Origin: a virus
Lineage: Duplodnaviria; Heunggongvirae; Uroviricota; Caudoviricetes
Direction: 5' to 3' (one strand)
DNA length: 14,391 nucleotides
Virus record (IMG/VR): IMGVR_UViG_3300033994_001334
Location: 64,001-78,391 of that record
Both the position numbers and the translations under genes were made by a program. The notes under the pieces were generated by a model that saw only the letters and a list, made by a program, of their open reading frames with translations, had not been told where the DNA came from and searched no databases. Positions 7,575 to 13,685 of this stretch are shown piece by piece. Every line of letters starts with the position of its first letter. Position 1 is the stretch's first letter.

Positions 7575-7743
7575 TTACAATATACTTTTTTACATCATTA
7601 CTATGGATATTAACGAATGTACCATTTGCTCTTTTAAATGATACATATATTTCTCCGTATGAGGTTACATAAGTTTGTATTGGTACCATATCAATACCGT
7701 GAAAAATAAACTTCAGTTCTTCAATTTTTGTTGAGTCTCTCAT
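7558..7743 (-). CDS. Small hypothetical protein
   Basis: 61 aa; motif at 7760-7767; overlaps the SET gene start by 17 nt. Confidence 0.7.
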   Translation of the reverse strand: MRDSTKIEELKFIFHGIDMVPIQTYVTSYGEIYVSFKRANGTFVNIHSNDVKKYIVNGYNG

Positions 7744-7759
7744 TTTATATTCGATAATT

Positions 7760-7767
7760 TATAAATA
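7760..7767 (-). promoter_or_regulatory. TATTTAT upstream motif
   Basis: Sense TATTTATA, 16 nt before ATG 7743. Confidence 0.6.
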
Positions 7768-7768
7768 C

Positions 7769-8302
7769 CTACAAATTCTTAAATTGTTTAAATCTGTAGT
7801 TGAGGACAGCATTAAACCCGAATCCAGGATTAATTGCATAATTGTAGTTTGTTGTAAGCCTAAATTGGAGATTATTACTTTGGGATAATTTTATTCCCTT
7901 ATAATAAAAAGATAATGACATTTGTGGAACAAAATCGGTTTTTGGATAATAACCCATTAAACCAATAGGAGATATTACCACATCAAATTTTTCAAATCTA
8001 CGACCGAAATCAAGTTGGGTTGTTAATATTGAATTTGGAATTTGTCTTTCTTGCATTTGACCTTGTCGTGACATAACCAAACAATAAGAACCATTAAAGT
8101 GAATTATTAATGGGTATTTATTATCGGTGATTTCTATTTCACCCGTCATCCCTATAATGGGACTACGTAAGAAACTGTTTACTCCACCCATACTTGATAA
8201 CCATACCTTTCTGTACGTTGTGTCTAAAGGGGTCGGTTGACCACTTATTGGTGATACACCAATAATAAGGAATGTGATAAGTAAAAGAACTGAAAGTTTC
8301 AT
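7769..8302 (-). CDS. Secreted protein, candidate small outer-membrane beta-barrel
   Basis: Signal peptide MKLSVLLLITFLIIGVSPISG followed by Q; alternating hydrophobic strands; terminal GFGFNAVLNYRF. Start may be 8308. Confidence 0.6.
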   Translation of the reverse strand: MKLSVLLLITFLIIGVSPISGQPTPLDTTYRKVWLSSMGGVNSFLRSPIIGMTGEIEITDNKYPLIIHFNGSYCLVMSRQGQMQERQIPNSILTTQLDFGRRFEKFDVVISPIGLMGYYPKTDFVPQMSLSFYYKGIKLSQSNNLQFRLTTNYNYAINPGFGFNAVLNYRFKQFKNL

Positions 8303-8305
8303 ATA

Positions 8306-8313
8306 CATAAATA
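8306..8313 (-). promoter_or_regulatory. TATTTAT upstream motif
   Basis: Sense TATTTATG, 3 nt before ATG 8302. Confidence 0.55.
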
Positions 8314-8340
8314 TCTAATGGACATCCTATTTTATATAAA

Positions 8341-8463
8341 TTTTCCCAAAAATTTTTATTTTGAAATCGACCACCTTTTCCCTTTTTTAGGTTTTTTCCC
8401 AAAAATTTTTATTTTTTATATAGGGGGTCTTTCAGATAAATCGACTTTTTCCAAAAAAATTCT
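8341..8463. repeat. Phased A/T-tract direct repeats
   Basis: TTTTCCCAAAAATTTTTATTTT at 8341-8362 and 8394-8415; degenerate third copy from 8447. Period 53 bp. Confidence 0.75.
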
Positions 8464-8512
8464 GGAAAAATTTCAGTTACGGCATTGTCCCCCCTATACA
8501 GACATCGAAATA

Positions 8513-8570
8513 GGGGGTATATAAGGGGGGATACGGGAGGGGGGGTATCATAGGGGGGTGGTGTAGGGGG
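8513..8570 (+). other. G-tract run fitting the G-quadruplex pattern
   Basis: G5-N7-G6-N4-G3-N1-G7-N7-G6-N7-G5. Confidence 0.75.
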
Positions 8571-8574
8571 TAGG

Positions 8575-8594
8575 TTGCCCCTCTATAAGTTTTT
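8575..8594 (+). repeat. Intergenic module A, right arm
   Basis: TTGCCCCTCTATAAGTTTTT; a degenerate left arm may lie at about 8466-8484 (AAAAATTTCAGTTACGGCA). Confidence 0.65.
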
Positions 8595-8636
8595 CACCCG
8601 TCAGGTTCATCAGGGTTTCCCGTTGTGTTGGTATAG

Positions 8637-8702
8637 TGTGGATAACTTTATAGAAGAAATATAAAATAGTTCTTGTTATATTCAAAACTAATCTTATCTT
8701 TG
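8637..8702 (+). promoter_or_regulatory. DnaA box plus Bacteroidota-type sigma70 promoter (cassette 1)
   Basis: TGTGGATAA 8637-8645; TTG 8673-8675; TATCTTTG 8695-8702. Confidence 0.8.
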
Positions 8703-8737
8703 TACCCGTTGTAACAAACCAAACAACATTAAATAAA

Positions 8738-9307
8738 ATGACTACAATAGTAAAACAACAAGTAGAAGTAACACCAACTGAAATGGTGGAAATCCTTAAA
8801 GGAGTAGAGGGTAACCCTAATGTACCTTTCGTAAATTGTAAAATGAAAACATTATATAGTGATGTTTTAAAAACTTGTAAAAGTGACGGAACAATTAACC
8901 CATACTTTAAACAAATTTACAAAGTGAGTAGTAAGAATTACAAGTTAGTTACCAACTACGAACAAAGGGTAAAAAACAATTTAATTAAAGAGGGTAAAGA
9001 CCCCAATAGTTTTGTTGTCGAAAGTCCGAAAGGAAAAAAACATATTTCAAAATCGTGTTTAACCGATAAGGAAACCGAAACAAAACTATATGTTATGTTG
9101 GAGTGGTTTCCCGAAATTAAAGGAACAACTGAATACGAATTTGAGGGTAATAGTATTGACAAACAAATTTTTGAAAAGTGGATTTCAACAAGTGAGAGTT
9201 CAAATAAAAAACAAGGTTTGGATAGAGAGATACACCCAATAACCCCACTAATCTCAAATATAATATCAATTTCAGTTAATGGAATGGTTTATATCATTAA
9301 GGAATAA
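8738..9307 (+). CDS. Phage hypothetical protein (cassette 1)
   Basis: 189-aa ORF between a promoter and a terminator; no Ala. Confidence 0.9.
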   Translation: MTTIVKQQVEVTPTEMVEILKGVEGNPNVPFVNCKMKTLYSDVLKTCKSDGTINPYFKQIYKVSSKNYKLVTNYEQRVKNNLIKEGKDPNSFVVESPKGKKHISKSCLTDKETETKLYVMLEWFPEIKGTTEYEFEGNSIDKQIFEKWISTSESSNKKQGLDREIHPITPLISNIISISVNGMVYIIKE

Positions 9308-9326
9308 AAACCCCTTAAAACTAATT

Positions 9327-9360
9327 AAAACACTATCCGAAAGGGTGGTGTTTTTTTTTT
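9327..9360 (+). terminator. Intrinsic terminator, cassette 1
   Basis: AACACTATCC-GAAA-GGGTGGTGTT plus T-run. Confidence 0.85.
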
Positions 9361-9411
9361 GTCCAAAAATTTGTGGATTGAATTTTTTTGGTGGGACCAT
9401 GTTCCATCCGT

Positions 9412-9473
9412 AAAATAGAGGGGCAATTTTGTTTTTGGTGGGTTCTATTTGGGTTTGCCCCTTTAAAAGTTTT
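9412..9473. repeat. Intergenic module B, inverted arms
   Basis: AAAATAGAGGGGCAA (9412-9426), 28-nt spacer, TTGCCCCTTTAAAAGTTTT (9455-9473). Confidence 0.8.
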
Positions 9474-9516
9474 CATGGTCCCTGAGTTTCCGACTCAAGT
9501 CCTTCAGTTCACATTG

Positions 9517-9563
9517 TGTGGAAAACTTTATCTTGTTTTATAATAGTATCCATGTTATATTTG
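9517..9563 (+). promoter_or_regulatory. DnaA box plus promoter (cassette 2)
   Basis: TGTGGAAAA 9517-9525 (fits TTWTNCACA); TTG 9533-9535; TATATTTG 9556-9563. Confidence 0.8.
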
Positions 9564-9586
9564 TATTCAGTTAAACCAAACATATT

Positions 9587-9880
9587 ATGTATACTAAAGA
9601 AGAAATTCAACACAACCTCTCCACTAATCCTAAATGGATTGAAAGAAGTCTTATCGTATTGTACCAAAGACAAACCCAAGATGAACAACAAGTCGGTGGT
9701 ACTTTTGTTCAAAACAATGTAGGTTTTAATAGTTCCGATAGTCGTTACCTCTCTTATTGTAGTAGGTGGTTACTACAAGGTAAACACCTTGACAATGGAC
9801 ACCTTGAAAAGTGTGGTGGGAAATTAAAGAAGTATTGGAAACAGATTGAAAGTATAATCAAGGAAAAGGGGAACAATTAG
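9587..9880 (+). CDS. Phage hypothetical protein with RQTxDE and NNVGFN motifs (cassette 2)
   Basis: 97 aa between promoter and terminator. Motif pattern recalled from widespread phage hypotheticals; function unknown. Confidence 0.88.
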   Translation: MYTKEEIQHNLSTNPKWIERSLIVLYQRQTQDEQQVGGTFVQNNVGFNSSDSRYLSYCSRWLLQGKHLDNGHLEKCGGKLKKYWKQIESIIKEKGNN

Positions 9881-9895
9881 TTCTCCTTTTTTTTT
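9864..9895 (+). terminator. Intrinsic terminator, cassette 2
   Basis: AAAAGGGGAAC-AATTA-GTTCTCCTTTT plus T-run; overlaps the stop codon. Confidence 0.8.
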
Positions 9896-9933
9896 GACCA
9901 CAGATTTTAGAATACCACCCGGTCTTCCATCCG

Positions 9934-9998
9934 GAAAATAATGGGGCAATCGGTATGACAAATGTTGGTATCGGTATGACATTTGCCGACATAAATCC
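9934..9998. repeat. Intergenic module C, inverted arms
   Basis: GAAAATAATGGGGCAA (9934-9949), 33-nt spacer holding two TCGGTATGACA, TTGCCGACATAAATCC (9983-9998). Confidence 0.8.
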
Positions 9999-10019
9999 AA
10001 ACCGTGACGACAGGTGAAG

Positions 10020-10086
10020 GTAACATTACTAAATAAAAAAAAATAAAAAGAAATTCTTGTTTTATTCAGAAATTATATTACCTTTG
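10020..10086 (+). promoter_or_regulatory. A-tract class promoter (cassette 3)
   Basis: GTAACATTAC 10020-10029; A-tract; TTG 10057-10059; TACCTTTG 10079-10086. Confidence 0.8.
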
Positions 10087-10120
10087 TGTCGTTGTAATAA
10101 ACCAAACAACATTTAAAAAA

Positions 10121-10324
10121 ATGAAAAATCTATTTATCTACTTAACATTTATTGTTATTACTTTCTTTTCGGTGTATGGTGCATTTACTATGGACATACC
10201 AACCGACAACCAAATTGGGATGTTATTTTTTGGTTCATTGTCTTTTAGTGTTTTGTTAATGGTAACCTTTTATGATATTCGTATGTTTATCAAAAATAGA
10301 AAACCAAGACCTCAAACTTTCTAA
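10121..10324 (+). CDS. Small two-TM membrane protein (cassette 3)
   Basis: 67 aa, two hydrophobic stretches, basic C-terminal tail. Confidence 0.8.
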   Translation: MKNLFIYLTFIVITFFSVYGAFTMDIPTDNQIGMLFFGSLSFSVLLMVTFYDIRMFIKNRKPRPQTF

Positions 10325-10343
10325 TCTTTCATTTTGTATCTTA

Positions 10344-10374
10344 AAGACCTCATCAGAAATGGTGGGGTTTTTTT
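10344..10374 (+). terminator. Intrinsic terminator, cassette 3
   Basis: ACCTCATCA-GAAA-TGGTGGGGT plus T-run. Confidence 0.8.
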
Positions 10375-10416
10375 GTGTCTGAAGTTTTTAGAATACCACC
10401 CGTGTCCTTCCATCCG

Positions 10417-10596
10417 GAAATTAAATCGGCAAAATCCATATCTGAAGATTTAGTAACATTACTTTCTGTGTCCATGAAAAAGATTTATCGGGGCAACGAC
10501 ACCAAATTATGTGGGGGTTTAATGTGAAATTGCCCCATTAAAAGTTTTCCTCTCAGGGTTCACGGTCAGGACGAATTGTGGTGGATTCGTATGACA
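10417..10596. repeat. Intergenic module D
   Basis: Left arms 10417-10432 and 10481-10496, right arm 10530-10548, CGTATGACA 10588-10596. Confidence 0.8.
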
Positions 10597-10602
10597 AAAA
10601 AA

Positions 10603-10648
10603 TGTGGATAACTTTTTCTTGTTTGTAAAAGTATTTGTATTATATTTG
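10603..10648 (+). promoter_or_regulatory. DnaA box plus promoter (cassette 4)
   Basis: TGTGGATAA 10603-10611; TTG 10619-10621; TATATTTG 10641-10648. Confidence 0.8.
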
Positions 10649-10670
10649 TACTCGTTAAACCAAACATAAA

Positions 10671-10853
10671 ATGAAAGATTTATTAATTACAAAAGTCGTA
10701 ATACTCATAGTAGTATTATTATTAATCACCCTCACAAGTTGTGGGACTTATCAAGTCGTGGGAAGTACAACCTATAACAAAGAGTATAGGACTGATTCAA
10801 CAATCACAAGAGTTTATTATGATTCAACAACAATTAGAATGAGTAAAAATTAA
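10671..10853 (+). CDS. Small putative lipoprotein (cassette 4)
   Basis: Hydrophobic VVILIVVLLLITL followed by lipobox LTSC(24)GTY. Confidence 0.75.
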   Translation: MKDLLITKVVILIVVLLLITLTSCGTYQVVGSTTYNKEYRTDSTITRVYYDSTTIRMSKN

Positions 10854-10857
10854 AATT

Positions 10858-11043
10858 ATGAAAACAATATTTGTATTATTCGTGGATAATAAACCAAAAG
10901 GTATCCTATCTGAAATTCAGTTGGAAAATTATAGTGGTCGTAGTTGGTGGACGACATTTAAAAAAATGTTAGTTCCAACCGAAAAAATAGATGACCTAAA
11001 CATTGGTAACGTAGAAAAATACCTTACCTTATACGGAATTTAA
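10858..11043 (+). CDS. Small hypothetical protein (cassette 4, second gene)
   Basis: 61 aa, starts 4 nt after the previous stop, followed by a terminator. Confidence 0.75.
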   Translation: MKTIFVLFVDNKPKGILSEIQLENYSGRSWWTTFKKMLVPTEKIDDLNIGNVEKYLTLYGI

Positions 11044-11063
11044 TTGAAGTTGGTTTGTGAATT

Positions 11064-11094
11064 AAGGGGTAGAGAAATCTACTCCTTTTTTTTT
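11064..11094 (+). terminator. Intrinsic terminator, cassette 4
   Basis: AAGGGGTAGA-GAAA-TCTACTCCTT plus T-run. Confidence 0.85.
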
Positions 11095-11154
11095 GTTTAA
11101 AAAATTTGGGTTCGGAAGAAAAGTTCGGATGTTTGTGGGGACAGGTCCGTCGGG

Positions 11155-11258
11155 GAAATTAACTCGGCAAACCAGGTAAATACGTTGGGTACGTATGACA
11201 CTTGCCCCATTAAAATTTTTCGTCCGAAGGTTCTGAGATGGTCGGGATTCGTATGACA
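11155..11258. repeat. Intergenic module E
   Basis: Left arm 11155-11170, CGTATGACA 11192-11200, right arm 11202-11220, CGTATGACA 11250-11258. Confidence 0.8.
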
Positions 11259-11262
11259 AGAA

Positions 11263-11308
11263 TGTGGATAACTTTATTTGTTTTATATTCTAAACTAACC
11301 TACATTTG
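11263..11308 (+). promoter_or_regulatory. DnaA box plus promoter (cassette 5)
   Basis: TGTGGATAA 11263-11271; TTTG 11277-11280; TACATTTG 11301-11308. Confidence 0.82.
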
Positions 11309-11333
11309 TATCGTTAAACTAAAAAAATATAAA

Positions 11334-12122
11334 ATGAAAATTAAAGAAGAGTCGTTACTTACCATTGTAAATGAAAAAAACTACATTAGTCATCACGTTG
11401 GTCATATAATGAAATCAATGACCATAGACAAAGTGAATGAAAATGTCTACGTTAGTAAAATGAAATTATTTGAAACTAATGTAAATTGGAGGAGGTTAGT
11501 ATTTTCTGAAAAATCAAAGAAAAATTTAGAAAATTACACAATACCAAAAGATATTCGTGTTGAGGTGTTGAGGTCGTTACCTAATAGAAACGACATCATT
11601 TTAATTGATGAATATAATTGTATAAAATATATAAAAACCGATAATGAATTAATAGTATCATTTCATTATACAAATAAAACACATTTAAATGATTATGGTG
11701 CACCCGTACTTTATATGTTTTATTTTCAAGTTAATTTGATAACCGGTAAAATTTCATCCGACCAAATGGATTTTGAAAGTAATAAAATGGTGGATTATGA
11801 AATGTTAATCGAAAAGTTTTATAGTCGTTTTTTGGTGGTGATTACATATTTGGAATTGACCGAAGTAACATTAAATGTAATTGAAGGTGGTAAATCGTTT
11901 GGTACTTGGAATAGTGGTAAGATTAAAAACAAAACAAAAAATAGAATTATAATGGTTAATACAAATTGGAATGTAGAAACCATTAGTCTAAATAGTTTTT
12001 CAGTTCGTGGACATTGGAGATTACAACCTTGTGGTGTTGGTAGAAGTCAGTTTAAATATGTTTACATTAAACCATATGAAAAAGGTTTGATTAGAAGATT
12101 ACCACAAAAAGAATTGGTTTAA
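11334..12122 (+). CDS. Phage protein with C-terminal VRGHWR motif, 262 aa (cassette 5)
   Basis: Start moved from 11238 to 11334 because the track extension runs through the promoter. C-terminal SVRGHWRLQPCG...YIKPYEKG. Confidence 0.88.
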   Translation: MKIKEESLLTIVNEKNYISHHVGHIMKSMTIDKVNENVYVSKMKLFETNVNWRRLVFSEKSKKNLENYTIPKDIRVEVLRSLPNRNDIILIDEYNCIKYIKTDNELIVSFHYTNKTHLNDYGAPVLYMFYFQVNLITGKISSDQMDFESNKMVDYEMLIEKFYSRFLVVITYLELTEVTLNVIEGGKSFGTWNSGKIKNKTKNRIIMVNTNWNVETISLNSFSVRGHWRLQPCGVGRSQFKYVYIKPYEKGLIRRLPQKELV

Positions 12123-12127
12123 CAACG

Positions 12128-12161
12128 AAAATTTCCTCAACGAAAGTTGGGGATTTTTTTT
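12128..12161 (+). terminator. Intrinsic terminator, cassette 5
   Basis: TCCTCAAC-GAAA-GTTGGGGA plus T-run. Confidence 0.85.
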
Positions 12162-12205
12162 GCGCTAACGCTGCTCTGGTTTGCGCAACAGCTGCTGGTT
12201 CAGGT

Positions 12206-12289
12206 GGAATTAGTTCGGCAACGTATGACACTTGCCCCATTAAAATTTTTCCTCTCAGGGTTCGGGAATCAGGGTGGACTCGTATGACA
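12206..12289. repeat. Intergenic module F
   Basis: Left arm 12206-12221, CGTATGACA 12222-12230, right arm 12232-12250, CGTATGACA 12281-12289. Confidence 0.8.
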
Positions 12290-12293
12290 ATAA

Positions 12294-12339
12294 TGTGGAT
12301 AACTTTATTTTTTTTATAATGGTATATGTGGTATATTTG
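12294..12339 (+). promoter_or_regulatory. DnaA box plus promoter (cassette 6)
   Basis: TGTGGATAA 12294-12302; -33 element degenerate; TATATTTG 12332-12339. Confidence 0.75.
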
Positions 12340-12367
12340 TATCTCAAACCAAAAATAAATAAATCAA

Positions 12368-12583
12368 ATGAAAGTAGTATCATCTCGTATCACCGACCAA
12401 CCAAAAAGTTTCTTTGACCCAATCCCACAAGTGTTCGTAACTTTAGAAAATGGGGAAGAACAATTCTTATTCGATTACTATCCCGATGAAATCAGTTTCA
12501 CACCTAATGAGTTCGTGGGTTTGACACTTGATGAGTGTAGACACTTGAAGTTTGTAAAAGATAAAAGATACCTAACAAGTTGA
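12368..12583 (+). CDS. Small phage hypothetical protein with YPDEISF motif (cassette 6)
   Basis: 71 aa directly behind a promoter. Confidence 0.85.
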   Translation: MKVVSSRITDQPKSFFDPIPQVFVTLENGEEQFLFDYYPDEISFTPNEFVGLTLDECRHLKFVKDKRYLTS

Positions 12584-12614
12584 TGTCATGGAAAAACTAT
12601 CGTGTAAAGAAAGA

Positions 12615-12695
12615 ATGAAAGAGTTATTGGGAATACTAATTGTTTTACCGATACTAATTTATTACGGAATCCGATTTTTAATAAGGGGTAGATAA
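12615..12695 (+). CDS. Possible 26-aa single-TM peptide (35 aa if started at 12588)
   Basis: Manual translation MKELLGILIVLPILIYYGIRFLIRGR; fills the space up to the terminator. Confidence 0.45.
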   Translation: MKELLGILIVLPILIYYGIRFLIRGR

Positions 12696-12713
12696 TTCTA
12701 CTCCTTTTTTTTT
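12683..12713 (+). terminator. Intrinsic terminator, cassette 6
   Basis: AAGGGGTAGA-TAAT-TCTACTCCTT plus T-run; same stem as cassette 4. Confidence 0.85.
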
Positions 12714-12763
12714 GTCCAAAAATTTGTGGTTTGAAAAAAATCGAGGAGATGTTGGGTGAATCC

Positions 12764-12865
12764 GAATTTAACTCGGCAATCGTATAACACCTTATACTCG
12801 TATGACGATTGCCCCATTAAAAATTTTCGGGGACGAGCTCTGAGATGGTCTGAATTCGTATGACA
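12764..12865. repeat. Intergenic module G
   Basis: Left arm 12764-12779, CGTATAACA 12781-12789, CGTATGACG 12799-12807, right arm 12809-12827, CGTATGACA 12857-12865. Confidence 0.8.
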
Positions 12866-12869
12866 AGAA

Positions 12870-12915
12870 TGTGGATAACTTTATTTGTTTTATATTCCAA
12901 ACTAAACTACATTTG
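12870..12915 (+). promoter_or_regulatory. DnaA box plus promoter (cassette 7)
   Basis: TGTGGATAA 12870-12878; TTTG 12884-12887; TACATTTG 12908-12915. Confidence 0.82.
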
Positions 12916-12948
12916 TATCGTTGTAATAAACCAAACAACACCAATTAT

Positions 12949-13395
12949 ATGAAATTCAATACAAAATCATTAGACCACAAATTCTATGGTAAGACCATTA
13001 GAACATTTACTGAATTAGAAAGTAAATTATTTGAACTTGACCTATTAATGTCAATGACCTTTATGGTTAGTAAAATGGGTGAAGAAACCAAAGAATTAAA
13101 AGAAACCTTAAACGATATGGGTAAGGTTCGTTTTGTTATTTCTTGTGAACTTTTGGGTTACTCTGAAACTCACATTTCAATCATTCCATTTGAAACAATA
13201 ATGGAAAAAATTGAAGAGAGTGATTATGGGTTCACTAAATTTTTACAAGACCACCAAGAAAATTCTAAATTAATTCCAAAAGAAGATGTGGAGATGATTG
13301 AAAAGTTGTTAAGGAACGAACTTTCAAAGAAAGAAGATGTAGTCGGTCAGATGTCTGATAGTGTTAGACAACAACCGAGTTATATGTGGAACTAA
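12949..13395 (+). CDS. Helical hypothetical protein, 148 aa (cassette 7)
   Basis: Start moved from 12871 to 12949 because the track extension runs through the promoter. Confidence 0.85.
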   Translation: MKFNTKSLDHKFYGKTIRTFTELESKLFELDLLMSMTFMVSKMGEETKELKETLNDMGKVRFVISCELLGYSETHISIIPFETIMEKIEESDYGFTKFLQDHQENSKLIPKEDVEMIEKLLRNELSKKEDVVGQMSDSVRQQPSYMWN

Positions 13396-13423
13396 TTTTG
13401 TCTATCATAGTTGTTCTATGACT

Positions 13424-13453
13424 AACCCTCACCCGAAATGGTGGGGGTTTTTT
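13424..13453 (+). terminator. Intrinsic terminator, cassette 7
   Basis: AACCCTCACC-CGAAAT-GGTGGGGGTT plus T-run. Confidence 0.8.
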
Positions 13454-13492
13454 ATTTCCCGTATCTTGAGTCGGAGATGTTCGTCCCTTCCC

Positions 13493-13611
13493 AAAACTAA
13501 GTCGGCAACGTATGACACTTGAGTCGGGAATTCCGTCGTTACCGTCCGGGACAGATGAAATTAGGTTTGCAACGTATGACATTTGCCGAACTAATTTCCG
13601 GATTACGACGG
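13493..13611. repeat. Intergenic module H
   Basis: Left arms 13493-13508 and 13557-13572, CGTATGACA 13509-13517 and 13573-13581, right arm 13583-13598. Confidence 0.8.
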
Positions 13612-13623
13612 TTCTGAGAAAAA

Positions 13624-13685
13624 GTAACGTTACAAAAAAAAATAAAAAGAAATTCTTGTTTTATTCAGAAATTGTATTACCTTTG
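13624..13685 (+). promoter_or_regulatory. A-tract class promoter (cassette 8)
   Basis: GTAACGTTAC 13624-13633; A-tract; TTG 13656-13658; TACCTTTG 13678-13685. Confidence 0.8.

Noticed and set aside
5097-7672. Plus-strand ORFs 5097-5303, 6317-6520, 6593-6841, 7481-7672
   Set aside because: Nested antisense to well-supported genes; no promoter or leader signals.
740-8313. Canonical T4 gp55 late promoters
   Set aside because: TATAAATA lies on the template strand of these genes, the opposite of the T4 orientation.
8163-8524. ORFs 8163-8402 (-) and 8318-8524 (+)
   Set aside because: They translate low-complexity A/T-tract repeats (K/F/N-rich) or overlap the 8302 gene in another frame.
9878-9880. 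Stop-codon reassignment (TAG read-through as in some large Bacteroidota phages)
   Set aside because: Genes are intact under code 11, and this TAG coincides with the terminator hairpin as a true stop.
12191-12200. Chi-like recombination site (GCTGCTGGTT)
   Set aside because: Does not match E. coli Chi GCTGGTGG, and I know no Bacteroidota Chi to compare with.
11238-12948. Long N-terminal extensions of ORFs 11238 and 12871 (also 754 and 7185)
   Set aside because: The extensions are translations of promoter or motif DNA. The two right-arm ones resemble each other only because the promoters are repeated.
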